Source: Pseudogymnoascus verrucosus (lineage: Eukaryota). From it: a stretch of 54,938 nucleotides of DNA. Both the position numbers and the translations under genes were made by a program. Below the pieces are notes generated by a model, which had not been told where the DNA came from, did no database searches, and saw nothing but the letters and a program-made list of their open reading frames with translations. The stretch lies in assembly GCA_001662655.1 (NCBI GenBank), contig KV460222.1; one strand, 5' to 3'. This document shows, one piece after another, positions 1 to 12,596 of this stretch; the first letter of the stretch is position 1; each line of letters opens with the position of its first letter.

Positions 1-1094
1 AAACGATACAACGTCTTTATCTAATTTCACACGTCTATTTCATGGATTTATGCATTGCGAGCCCATTATTTCTTGTTCGCGATGCAGACAAAAAAGTATC
101 ATGCAAAGCACAGGCGGTATTTATAGTTGCAACTACAGGTCTCACTGCATTGTTTAATTATAGTTTATATTTGTATGCGTGAACTCATTGGGTATTACAG
201 ACGGCCCGAATTGATAAGAAAGACACAACAGCCAAACTACGCATATTTCAAGTCAATTCCAATAAGGATGAGATTCACTTGTAGTCATCCAATCCTCTAG
301 ACTCGAAGGACCAACTTGGGATTGCAGATGATGAGATCTACCATACAAGGAGAAACTTATGATGGTATTTGATCAGCAATGACGGCACATGAACGAGATC
401 AGTTGATATTTAGTTACAAACCTCCATAAGAGCAATAATATTAGACAAAGAAGACCACTAAGGCGTATCTTAAATTTCATGATCTGAACTCATAGCCTTG
501 CCGTACCATTTAATAGTTCTTACCACTGTGTTCAATCATTATTTGTACCCAAGACAAATACTGTGGCAGGGGAATAGGTATTTGCATTAGGCGCCGGTGC
601 CGTCTCTAAATCCTAGTAGCTGTTTCATCTAAACCTTTTCTAAATAATTTGGAATTTGGGCTTCACCCTCCACTGGAGCATCGACATGCGCGTTGAAGTC
701 GGCCTTGCGATCGACGATGAAAAACGTGGCTAGTGCCTTGTAGTCAGTATTATAAGAATCAAACCGGAGAAGAGTTCTAATAGTTACCAACAAGCGCAGC
801 GGTTGAAAAGGCTCCTGCTGTCAGTTCGCTAATGAAAAAAAAACCGATGCTGTCCTGCGTTAAGAATGTTATACGGTGAAGAGATGACCAGGGTGGTAAT
901 GTTGGTGTAAGGAAAATCACAGTTACAAGGGAAACAGGGTGATGACTAGGGAGGGCAGCTGAAAGCAGATGTATGCTACATAGGCGGAAGAGCTGGATGA
1001 CGCTCACAAGAGAGGGTGAGTGTTCGCTGTTTTGGCGCGGGGAGGTGGACGATGTGCATTTCGCTCGTGTTTTTGTGGTAGGAGGGATGGTGAA

Positions 1095-1312
1095 ACCGCC
1101 GCGTACAGTGCATTCTAGCATGGGTTGTGTATGGCCGCAGACCTTTAACACTGAAAGAATTGGAGGCCGCGCTGGCGACGCAGATGAACTCGACAAGCAA
1201 GGAATCCTCAGACGACTACTACACCGAACTTACGCTAAACGCGGTAACTAATGCTGCTGGCATCACCTTGGAAATCATAGACAATAAAGTTCATCTAATC
1301 CACCCGAAGTAG
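1095..1312 (+). pseudogene. Fragment of an NLR-type NACHT NTPase (post-NACHT winged-helix region)
   Basis: Translates RVQCILAWVVYGRRPLTLKELEAALA...AAGITLEIIDNKVHLIHPK*. This matches the 'ILxWvxxaxRPLTlxELxxALa ... LLEIxDxxVxLIHxSAKDFL' pattern of fungal NACHT-WHD proteins. No upstream P-loop; stops prematurely at LIH. Confidence 0.6.
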
Positions 1313-1578
1313 AGGCGCTAAACCAATGTGAGCCAGGACGCTGAAAGCCGCGCCCCGCTTGCCGTAGCATAGTTTACTATATATGAACGTTATGTGTATT
1401 ATAGTTTGATAGTTAGTATTACATATCAAACCATGTATAGTTTAGTCTACCCTGTTCTCTGCCTAAGGGTACCCCTCTAGAGCCCTGTAATAGTATAGCA
1501 TAGCTCTCATTCTAATAAAAGTAGTGTGGATTTGTTATCAAGCAGATATCATATGTAATCTATCAAGTATAAATCCTT

Positions 1579-4444
1579 TTACTCCGTGCTGTTTATCAAC
1601 TTTATGCAATTAGTTAACAAATCCGCCCCCTCGTGTAGCAACTCCCATGTACCCATGCGGAAGATATAGCACAACACCTTTAGCATTCCTGTGCAGCCAT
1701 TAAGACGGTGGAAGGCTACATCCTCTGGGGATTTGATCCTCTCAGTCGATCTCAAAAAGTGCTGCATATCTTGGATGTGATCGTCGATGGTAGATCCCAG
1801 CGATGCTGGCACATGTGCAGGCCCATCAGCGACGTAACTGTAACACCACACTACCAAAGCAGCATAATAAAGCACCCATCGATGAATAGGCAGTGTGGTA
1901 TTACTCGTTGCATAGTTAGTAATGAAATTGTGATCACAGACTTGATTGCTTTCTGTCGACTTGCAAAAAACCGAGCATAAAAATCGAATGGCGTAAAACG
2001 TGGCTTTACGAGCTTCCATAGTCGGCGCCCACTCATTCTGGATTCGCCGTCGTGCAGTCTCAACTTCTTGCTTCCGCATAATTCGACCTAGCACCCGGTT
2101 TGCTCCAGCGGTTATCTGGCATTCCAGAATGTTTGCATGAACGCTTAACTGAGCTAAATGGAAGAGAGCAGACCTGGACCCAAGGAGGGCGTCGGCATCT
2201 TGGGTCCATTTGGACATATCGTTTGAGATAGATTGTGTTGTGTGTTCGTACGTTCCTCTCCACAGATCAAACGCTCTTGTGATGGATCTCCGCCACTTGG
2301 TACCTCTGTCTGCTCCGTTCGACTTCACGTCAAGAGAGCTAATCTGCATCTCCCGTTGATTCATGTGCCAGCTTACACTGAGCAACCCACATAGCAAAAT
2401 TGATCTTCCAAAGGCATTGGTATGGATCTCTTGGTCATTTAAAGTTCTTTGTAGACCCTCGACGAAAGGCAGAGGTTTAACGCCATTTAAACGAAGCATG
2501 GTCTCAACCTTACGTACTTCGTCAACGCTCGTTGCCGACCATAAGGCGTCATCACAAGGCAATACTAGGCGCATCTCATGCGTAACCATAATCATTGAAT
2601 GCCCGAACATTGCTGCATGAGTAGAGTCAATCATGAAAGCTGCGAAAGCAACACGTCGGGTAGCTTCCCTCTCTATCCACTTCTCCCACCACAAATCTGA
2701 AGATGACCTCGACGTCTGGTTTTCGGGATCATTTTCTTCTTGGTTTGGAGGTGTGTCCAATGGAGAACTTCCGACTAGGAAGCTTCCTCGACGCATTAAC
2801 GTTATAGCCGTGGCGTGATGGATGTGTGCTCGTTCATGGAGAGCCCTCGAAGAGCATGTTTTCTCATATGTCTCGAGGAGCAGCAGTGTTTGGAATACCC
2901 AGAGATTGTTTGTCTGTATATGCATGCTGCTGAAGACCTCCCATCTCAAATACCACGCTAGAATTGTCGAGAATTCAGTTGCCGACCTGGCCAGAGCATG
3001 ATCCTCCGATTTCATGGAGCAAGACGCGCCGATAATCATGATAGCAACCAAGAGAAGATTAGGGGTTTTGTCTGGAGAGAACGTTGGTCGGTGCACTAAT
3101 CATGTTTTGTTACTCTCGGTTTATATTCTTTGACAGTGGTATACTTACAGATTGGCAACTGAGAGTGGAAGTTCATCCAATAACTATTGATATATTCTTG
3201 CATCATGTTTTGACTCATAATATTCAAATCCTGGGAGGGATCTCTGTGGAGGGTGCTGTTCTGGAAATTTAACTCAGGAGTATGCTTATTGCCAGTAAGC
3301 CTATCTCGTATCAGATTGAAAATTTCTTTGCTCTTCTCATTTGATAGGGCCGCTGAAGGGAGGTTGGTCTCATAGGATGCCGTTCCTATAGTTAAAGGAA
3401 ACTGAGGAAGATAGCTCTCGCTAAAAATATCAGGATTAGGGCTTTCGGAAAATTGGCTTTGTGTATTTATGCAGCTGTTTATATCAGTTAACCATCCACT
3501 GCACGCACAGCTTTAGACAAGCTGCATCTATGTCACGAAGGCAAGCTCACCTTGGAAAACTCCCCGTACTTAAATTATCACCATTCCTTGAGTTGTTTGG
3601 TTGGTTTCCGTCGAAAAGAAACTGTATAAAATCATCAGGCATCGTAAATACCGAACGAGAGTATCTGTCACCACTAAACTGAGGTATCGCTGTTGGGGCT
3701 GGCAATCCGGTTCTCCAGATTCCAATATCTGGAAGCTGTTCTTGCTGGAATAGGGTGATATTTTGGTTTAATTGGTTGGAATTTATTGGCAGTGGATTAG
3801 GTACCTCATGAACGATGAAAGCGGATGTGTCTTGGGGTCCAGGTTGCTGCATTGCTGTTGATTTAACATAGTGACAGCCTGTCTGCGCCCCGTTTGGAGG
3901 ATATTGCGGTCGTATCTGGACTGGACAATCTGGATCTAAAGTAACATCGGAGGTATAGTCCATCAACTCCGGGGATCGTGTCGAGCCCTGCGCCAGATAT
4001 TAGATTACCAGGCTGGATTTAAAGCAAGTTTATAAACCTTACACTGTGGTTGGTACATGGCGTCTTCGAACTGCCGCTGTGTTGCTGCAAAAACTCACTC
4101 ATGTGACGAGTCTCGTGCCGACTGTGCAAGTCCTCTCGAACAAAACTGCGGCAGCAATTTGGAACATGGCATCTGAAAATCTCCTTTGGGTCGTGATTTA
4201 ATTGATGACGGCTTCTGCACAAAAAGTATGAGTATATCTTGCACCAGGGCAGGTCTCCAAGTAATTAGAAATCCAGTGTTTCTTACAGATGCTCTGCTCG
4301 AGAGTAAACCTTGCTACAACCCTCTACTAGGCATTGGTACACTCTAGAGGACCGCCGGCGGCGGGCCTGTCTTCTAGAGGAGGAATGTTTCGACGATGTC
4401 GAAGCGCTGTCCTCATGGTCGAAAGTTATGTGGGATTGGCTCAT
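1579..4444 (-). CDS. C2H2 zinc-finger plus fungal-specific transcription factor domain protein (5 exons); probable cluster regulator
   Basis: ATG at 4444 (MSQSHITF...). Two fingers: YQCLVEGCSKVYSRAEHL|SRHQLNH and FRCHVPNCCRSFVREDLHSRHETRH. Four GT-AG introns splice in frame to YWMNFHSQLPILHRPTF...WIEREATRRVAFAAFMIDSTHAAMFG...LPCDDALW (Fungal_trans/MHR domain). Stop at 1579. Confidence 0.9.
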
Positions 4445-4838
4445 CCTTATAATATCAAATTTCAGATGTTACTGAGTTTCAAAAAGTTTTGAGTCGAAGC
4501 TGGCTGAAGTGTGCAACTTAAGCAGCAGCCTGGAGTTTAACCCGCCAGGAGCAAGCCAGAAGGACCCATGCAAGCCCAAGCCCAAGTGCGGGGAGGTGGC
4601 GGGCGTGGTTGACCCCACGCGATTTACCCCCACGTACCCCACTCACACGAGGCCGTTATTGTCTTCCAAGACAATACATTCCAAGGTTGGAATGTACAAG
4701 TATAGTTAGTGGATACCGATAGAGCATGTGCCGAAAACGATTACTGGGCGGAATTAAACCCTCTGCATTATACGACGCTAATAATTGACGCATACCCTCG
4801 CTACTAGTATTCTTCTGGGTTGGAGATGTCTTATGTTT

Positions 4839-6752
4839 CTAAAGTCCACTGATTAACCCAGACAAGAATTCCACGAGACCTGCAGCACCAGGATCTGGAC
4901 AATTCTTCCAGTCATCACCACCAACGTACACTGAGCGACCTAAGCTGGCTTCCATCCCTCTCGTGCTCTCGCATCCCTTCCTTGCTGCTGCCACAGCCAT
5001 TACCACATCCTGCGTTTCAACCATCTTCTCCACAAACGGTTGCAAAGCATCCACTAGGGTACGATCTCCAGGCTGGGCGGGTGTATATTTACCTAGAGAT
5101 TTAAGAGCACCCTTTAGAGCATTTGACCACACCTCAGCTGTTACTCGGCTTAGTGTAGGCGTTTCTTGAAGGGAAAGACTGTATGCCAAGGAGTTTAAAA
5201 AGATGGCGTATATTGCCCCTGATGTCCCATCCATACTTGATTCCACGATGTACGCAATCTGGCTGACAAATTGGGCAACGTCGCTGGACATTCTATCTTT
5301 CTTGATATGAGCGAGAACAGCTTCTGCGCCGGCTTTCAGACAGAGTCCACAGTCGCCATCACCGACCATAGTGTCATACTTTGTGATTTCTGGTTCAGCA
5401 GAGATTAAGCCGACGAGGCCTGACTCTAACGCTTTAATTGCTCGACTAGTATTAACTGCTTGCCAGTCAGTTGAGTCATGATACGAGAAGAGTCTTGGGG
5501 GTACTAGCAGGTCAGATTGCTAGACTGAAACTCTCCTATAGCCTCTTCATTTGGCTGCTGTCTATCCTCTACCTTATCAACCCATGTACTTGGTTGAACA
5601 GCAGCTGACCAGCCAGTGGCCTGTGCCGGCGCGTCTAATAATTTCAGCATCGAAATTTGAGACTCTAGACCCGTGTCTACCAATCTAAGAAGCGAAACGC
5701 TAAATCCCAAGCCGTTAAGGCTTGACATGAAAGTCCCAGTTAAAATTCGGACTGGCTGGAGGGAATAACTATTTTTTAGTTGAGAGCAAACTTCATCAGT
5801 TATACAACCGAATTCTAGTCCACTCACGCCTCCCAGATTGTTGATGAGTAGCACGGTTGGTTCCCCTGGCTTAATGTCAACGTATGCGCGGTCTTTATCG
5901 GTTGTATCTAAAAGTTGGGCAAGCATCTCTTTGACAAGGCCAGGGAGACCAGTTTTCAAGCGCCTGCATCCTTCTTCGTTATGAATGCCCATCCCAAGCT
6001 CAATATCGTCGTCTGCGTTGAAGTCATCTCGAGCTAGTGCGCGACCGGGAAGGTGAACATGCGCAAGAGAAGCCCCGACGGTAACAAGGTTCGAGGAGAC
6101 AAGATTGGCAACATTGGAAACTGCGTCTAGAGAGGCTCTTTATGCCATCTCGTCAGCAATTACCACTTCCCAAGAACAGACAGACCACGTACCCGGTTGC
6201 GGCTAAAGCACAAGCAATCTTGTGAACTAGCACTGTGCCAGCAATACCTCGTCTCCCCAGTCTACCGCTTTTCGCTCTCCCAACACCTACGTCGTCGCCC
6301 ACAACCAACATGTCAATCTTAATACCTTGCGCTCGACATTTCTCAACCGCCATGCCGAAATGCAATGCGTCACCGGTATAATTCATGACGATAACCATGA
6401 CCCCCTGCGTATTGTCCACGCGCCGCATTAGACATTGGTAAATCTGCACTGTAGAAGGGCTTGCAAAAATTGATCCCGCCACGGCACCGCTTAACATCCC
6501 ATGGCCGACGTATGCTGCGAACGCTGGTTCGTGCCCGCTGCCCCCGCCCGATATGACTGAAACCTGGTTGCTCTTTGGCTTTTTGAGGTAGACTATTTTG
6601 TGCTTCTCATCAACTGCTACTGAAGGGTTGATCTTTGTGAGGGATCTTAGCGCAGCAACGACCAAGTGATTGGGATCATTATGAAAGTGTTTTGCTGTTG
6701 CGAGGTTAGTTGGGTTGAGTGAGGCGTGAGAAATAGTGCGCTTACAAGCCAT
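4839..6752 (-). CDS. DAK1: Dihydroxyacetone kinase / triokinase (Dak1+Dak2 domains), multi-exon
   Basis: ATG at 6752 spliced to SKHFHNDP. Motifs ISGGGSGHEP, GSIFASPS, NYTGD, DDVGVGR, GRRGIAG, GMGIHNEEG, VGDGDCG, MDGTSGA, GDRTLVDAL, LGRSVYV, PDPGA. Confidence 0.95.
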
Positions 6753-7899
6753 AATGCTGACCTCAAATTTATCTTGGGAGCTGGGAGAACGGTACGGAGT
6801 TACAATCAACAATGCGTTATTTGATATTATCCTTAGCAATTTCTAATTATCTGATTATACACATCTGTACATATATATATTTTGACAACGCGACCCGCTC
6901 GCAGAGCCCAGTACGAAATCGTCGCGGAAATAATTACTCCGAAGCGAATTGCCCCCAACTCCATCAACAGACAACTGAAAATTCACAAATAGCCACCCCA
7001 CGCCCCTCAAATTTAGGAAAAGGCACGGTCGTAATTAAAATGATAAGTGTATTGCTCAACTCAATTTTTCGCCAAGCCTATGGGGTTCAAATCCTAGTCC
7101 TCGGGGGTATTGGGGTAGAGAGGAATCCGCAGACCCAAAACGTAGTCCCGTCTTTGAAGGTACGTCTATGATTCAATATTCTCTGCACGTCTAGCCCAAG
7201 CTGATCGCGTGATCTTCGATAGATCCGCAGTTTTCTAGACCATCCTGCCGCACGCCTCGCGATACGGAGGGGCATAAAAAGTTTGGTTACGCAGCACTAA
7301 ATTTGGGGTGCAGGAAGCAGGAGGCCAGAAGTGGAAAGTAGAGTTAAAAGTGGGAGTTTGCAGTACCGGCGCTGACCCGCGGGGTTGACTGTTGGCAATA
7401 GTCGTTGAGTGGCTTCCGACTTAAATTTGGGGGCAGCGCGGGGAATGAATGGCATGGTAAGGCGACGGGACCAAACTCTGGTTGCCCGCCGTTCCCACAA
7501 CCCACCAGAACCCCAACCCCCCCTTACACAAAACCGACACGCGACACTTGATTTCATGCTAGTTCACATCTCATTAGTGTGGGGGTTCAACAGCGGCAAT
7601 TGACAAACAGACGACTTTGAAGAGTGAGATAGCTAGGCCGTCAAGAAGCTGTGGGTTGCCATCCTTCACCTGGGAGGAATGTCGGGCGGCTACTAGAGGG
7701 CATTTGAGGAGTGTCTGCCCACTTTCTTAAAGAACACTCACTACCTTCGTAACGAGCCCACAAACCGCTTGGCAGGAGCCCAATATCATTTGTCGACTTT
7801 GCATCCACCAACGAGAAACATAATTCTGTGACAGGTCTGGTGTTTTTAGCCTTCAAAACCTTCATGATATCTTCAAGTACTACTTCCCAACAAAGCACC

Positions 7900-8889
7900 A
7901 TGACACCATCAATTCTCGAGCCTTCCATGAGCCGGGCAAACGGCCACTCACAGGAATTTCCGCAAAGCGCAGGTGTGAAACTCATCCCTGGCTTCTACGT
8001 CCCAACAGTCGCATTCTTTGATCCAGATACCGAAGCTATCGACCTCGCCACAACAAGAAAACATGCAATCCGGCTCTCGCAGGAGGGGGTCACTGGTCTC
8101 GTCACACATGGCAGCAACGGCGAAGCAGTCCATCTTTCCCACAATGAGCGCATGCAAATCAACAGCGCAACCCGCGAGGCTATGAACTCTGTCGGCCGCT
8201 CAGACATGCCACTCATCGTGGGCTGCGGCGCACAATCAACACGCGAGACAATACAGCTTTGCAAAGAAGCCTCGGAATCAGGCGGCCAATTCACGCTCGT
8301 TCTTCCGCCCAGCTATTACGGTGGCCTCCTCACTAAGGAGTTGATCATTCAGCACTTTAGAGACGTCGCAGACGCATCACCCATCCCGATTATCATCTAC
8401 AACTTCCCCAGCGCCTGTAGCGGGCTCGATCTCAACTCCGAGGCAATTATTACCTTGTCGCAGCATAAGAACATCGTCGGCGTGAAGCTGACTTGTGGAA
8501 ATACGGGTAAACTTGCTCGCGTTGCTGCTGACGCATCAGCCCCCTTTTTAACTCTAGGCGGCTCGGCAGACTTTACGCTGCAGACAGCGGTTGTGGGTGG
8601 TCATGGGATCATTGGAGGATTGGCAAATATTGCCCCAAAGGCATGCCTCAAGGTCTTGCAGCTTCAAAACGCCGGGAAGGCGGCCGAAGCAGTAAGAATG
8701 CAGCATGTTGTTGCCAGAGGGGATTGGGTTGCTATCAAGGGAGGGTTTGTCGCTGTAAAGGTGGGACTGCAGGCCTATTATGGCTATGGCGGCCTCCCGA
8801 GGAGACCGTGTGCCCTTCCTGAAAAAAAGGATCTGGAGACGATGAATTCTGAGCTTGCGGAGTTAATGCAGTTAGAAAACAGTCTATGA
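7900..8889 (+). CDS. DHDPS/NAL-family aldolase of the GaaC/LGA1 (2-keto-3-deoxy-hexonate aldolase) type, intronless
   Basis: GFYVPTVAFF, GSNGE (GxxGE), LVLPPSYY, IIYNFP (catalytic Tyr), GVKLTCG (Schiff-base Lys), GGSADF, GGLANIAP. Start taken at the ATG at 7900; 7928 is an alternative. Confidence 0.88.
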   Translation: MTPSILEPSMSRANGHSQEFPQSAGVKLIPGFYVPTVAFFDPDTEAIDLATTRKHAIRLSQEGVTGLVTHGSNGEAVHLSHNERMQINSATREAMNSVGRSDMPLIVGCGAQSTRETIQLCKEASESGGQFTLVLPPSYYGGLLTKELIIQHFRDVADASPIPIIIYNFPSACSGLDLNSEAIITLSQHKNIVGVKLTCGNTGKLARVAADASAPFLTLGGSADFTLQTAVVGGHGIIGGLANIAPKACLKVLQLQNAGKAAEAVRMQHVVARGDWVAIKGGFVAVKVGLQAYYGYGGLPRRPCALPEKKDLETMNSELAELMQLENSL

Positions 8890-9494
8890 TTTGAAATATA
8901 GAACTAGCATTAGCGTTGAGTTCTATACAAGCATCTGAATTATCTGATCGATGTGGCCTCCTCCTAACAGAGCTCACGTGAGGTTTGTTGACTTACTCTT
9001 CTTGCGCGTAACGTAACTGCATTCTCTCGGTCGCAAGGGATGGCAAGTAGTGCCAGTACGGCCTAGGACAGGTGATTGTGTTGAACGTAGCGAAGTCTCC
9101 ATGAACATAGGCAATAGCTTGCAGAGCGCGAGATTACTGCAGGCGCGCCAAAATCGCGAGACCTCGGCAACAATCCGAGATCACCACAACGTAATGGTTC
9201 AAACGCCAAGAAAGCCATGACCCCCAACCGCGTGGGGCCCCCAAACAACCCCGCACTACCCATGGCAATCAGCCTCCGATGACCTGCAGGATCGTGTGGT
9301 GCCCATGCATTAGTTCGGCAGATCCAATCCGGGGCCGTGGGGGTTGCGCTTGGCGTTTTGTTCGTAGTCACGACTTATCTCGTCCTCAAAGAATAATAGT
9401 TTCTCCAACTTACGTGACCACTCCCTCCTACCGACATCTATCACTTTACACATTTACTTCTACGATATCGAAAAATCACTCGATACTGACCAGG

Positions 9495-10714
9495 ATGAGC
9501 GAAGCAGTTGATGTGCTGCTTTTTGGGCTTGGGGCGTAAGTCTGCCTGGTGGGAATTTGTCGATGTATCCTGTATCGTGGCCTATTCGGAGCTGACCAGC
9601 ACTACACAGCATTGGGTCCTTCTACGCCTACATACTCACCAAGTCGGAAAATGTTCGTCTGACGGTGGTTGCCCGATCAAATTACGACGCTGTTAAAATG
9701 AATGTGTGTATTACAACACAACAACAGGAGGCCCCGATCAGAACGAAAAAGCTAATGCATCGGCACTCAGGGTCTCACCATCAACAGTGAAGTTTACGGG
9801 TCACATACGTTTCGCCCATACAATGGTATACGCGCTACGACCCAGACAATCTTTCAAGTTATAGACTGACAAGACATATAGTAGTAAAAACTCCCGCAGA
9901 AGCAAGGGGGACATTCGATTACGTAGTGTGCTCACACAAAGCAATTGATCAAAGTTCAGTACCGGCACAGGTAGCACCAGCCGTCGACGCAAAGAAAACA
10001 ACCCTTGTCGTGATACAAAATGGAGTAGGAAATGAGGAGCCGTTTAGGCAGGCCTTTCCTGATGTCACCATCATCACATGCGTTGTGAGTTTTCTTGACC
10101 TCATTTTACCATATTTTATCACTCCTAACGCACCGTAGACATGGGTTGGTGCTCTCCAAACTTCGCCCGGGGTGATCACGCACACCAAATCTGAACATAC
10201 TCAAATTGGACTGTATCCAAACGAAAAGGTAGACAACGCACTGGAACAGGGTTGTTTGGACGCCTTCACAGGTTTCTTGAGGGCCGGCGGAACACCTTTC
10301 GACGTTGTTGAAGACATGCAAATCAAGCGGTGGGAAAAAGTAGTCTGGAATGCCGCCTGGAACTCAGTCACGACCCTAACGCTCCTTGACACGCAATCCT
10401 GGCTCAGTTCTGAAGGCGGGATGTCCTTAACCCGCCAATTAATGACAGAAGTCATTGACGTAGCGCGCAAATGCGGTATACCCTTATCCTACGATTTGAT
10501 TGACGAGCTAATCAATAAGATATTGAAGATGCCGGGGATTCATAGCAGCATGCATGCTGACCGCGTGGCCGGAAGACAGATGGAAGTTGATATCATTTTG
10601 GGCACACCGCTGAGGAAGGCTAGGGAGTTCGGCATGAAGGTGCCTATCATGGAGACTATATATACGCTTCTTACGGAGTTGAACGTGTATTTAAAACAGA
10701 CATCAAGTCCGTGA
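9495..10714 (+). CDS. Ketopantoate reductase (PanE/ApbA) family 2-keto-acid reductase, multi-exon
   Basis: Spliced N-terminus MSEAVDVLLFGLGA|IGSFY (GxGAIG), VARSNY, FDYVVCSHKA, IQNGVGNE, RWEKVVWNAAWNS, SSMHAD...MEVDIILG. Confidence 0.9.
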
Positions 10715-11294
10715 AATGAGGCATGAAGATAATGCACTTACCTGCGAAGTTAATACTGCATCTGCCGTCTTCACATGTAATTTTGGCCGATGACGAGTGT
10801 CCACCTCACCACTACCAATACTGCGAGTACACAGCTTCACAGCGGGTAACTCAATGATAGTGTAATTTAATTACGGTGGTACTCAACATTCGCACTTTCT
10901 AAAGCGTCAGTTTTGCCCGACTCCACCAAGACCCTGCCACTAAACTCCGGCCGGCCTTGCACTAAAATTGGGGTACATATGCTCCATCAACCACGCTAAC
11001 ACGGTTGAGTTGGACTCCGCAGTTTAGCCGGCTCTAGCTTACTCCTCTCCAATCACCCCTGCATTCCCCCCTCACTTCCCAAGGGGGTCACCCCAATAAT
11101 CCCAATCGTGGAACCGCCAGCCTGTTCAAGACAATGTTTCGTACCGCCATGCCACTAATACTATGAAACATTATCCTCGGACTCTTCCTCTCCGTACCGC
11201 CATGTCACCAATGCTATAAAATACAATCCTCCGATACTCCCTCTCCGCAGCAAAACGCAATATATCGCAACAGCTTTAACTATCCAGGATCAGT

Positions 11295-12188
11295 ATGGCG
11301 CCTTCAATTTTGGATATGTTCTCTCTGGCCGGTAGGACAGCCATGTTCACAGGCGGAACTCGTGGGATCGGCGCATCAATGGCCGTTGCATTGGCCGAAG
11401 CAGGCTCAGACATCATTCTCATTCAAGTAGTTCCATCCTTCCTGGCGTTCATGCCCATGAGCTGACTCGTAACAGAGAGACAACTCGAACACAGCTACCA
11501 AATCAAAAATAGAATCGCTAGGAAGAAAGGCAACCATCTACACTGCGGACCTAGCTTCATCTACAGAGGTCTCCGCATTAACAAGAAAGATTCTCAATGA
11601 TGGTCATGACATTGATATTCTGGTTACTTGCGCCGGGATTCAAAAACGCCACCCTGCCCATCTCTTCCCTCAAAATGATTGGGACGATGTTCGTGCCTCC
11701 AATCTCAGAAATCTTCATCCTTCACACTAACCCCCTTTGCGCAGGTCCTACAAGTCAACCTCTCTACAGTCTTTACCCTTTGTCGCGACGTTGGAGCGTA
11801 CATGCTCAGTCGCAAACCGAACGCGGCGGGCCACCGAGGAAGCATAATCAACGTGGCATCTCTATGCTCATTCCAAGGAGGGATAACTGTGCCAGCATAC
11901 GCAGCAGCAAAGGGTGGAGTGGCACAACTGACAAAAGCTCTCTCCAACGAATGGGCAAGCAAGGGCATCAACGTCAACGCAATCGCGCCCGGTTATATCG
12001 CAACTGATATGACTGAGGCGTTACAGAACGATAAGGAGAGGGCGGAAAGTGTTTTATCGAGGATCCCGGCAGGCAGATGGGGCAACCCTAATGACTTTAA
12101 GGGCCCTGTTATTTTCCTTGCGAGTTCTGCGTGTGCGTATGTGTCTGGGGAGATATTTCTCGTTGATGGTGGGTGGATGGGAAGGTAG
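11295..12188 (+). CDS. Short-chain dehydrogenase/reductase, KduD / gluconate 5-dehydrogenase (5-keto-gluconate reductase)-like, 3 exons
   Basis: [42 protein letters not shown] (YxxxK), [30 protein letters not shown]. This is the KduD/IdnO signature set. Confidence 0.9.
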
Positions 12189-12596
12189 ATGGGAAGGTAG
12201 ATTGAAATATTCCACAATTAAATCTTGTATATGATAATGTCAACCAAGTATTTATGAATTGCGACGGATAATAATTTTCGCTCTGAACTCTACTATCCAG
12301 TTATTGATTCTTACTCGCTCTTTTAGAATTCTGGCTATGGCGAAACAAACGATAAAGTTGACTAAACTTTGCTGTTCTACACTGTATTACAAACCCCAAC
12401 AACCCCAAAAATAGCAAGCAAATACGAGTGGCCCACCCCCACGCTTCCTTTTTGGGGAGAGACCCGAATAACGGAAGCTCTTAGCCAATATTTTGTCATA
12501 ACTATGTATTATTATACTCTTCACACTGAGTTTTTACTCAAATCACTCTAAGTTAAGGAAAATTCTTTACCATTAATAGGGCAATAGCCAAAAGCA

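Noticed and set aside
7828..8889. Aldolase as a lysine-biosynthetic dihydrodipicolinate synthase
   Set aside because: Fungi use the alpha-aminoadipate pathway; GSNGE/KLTCG motifs and gene context fit GaaC-type sugar-acid aldolases.
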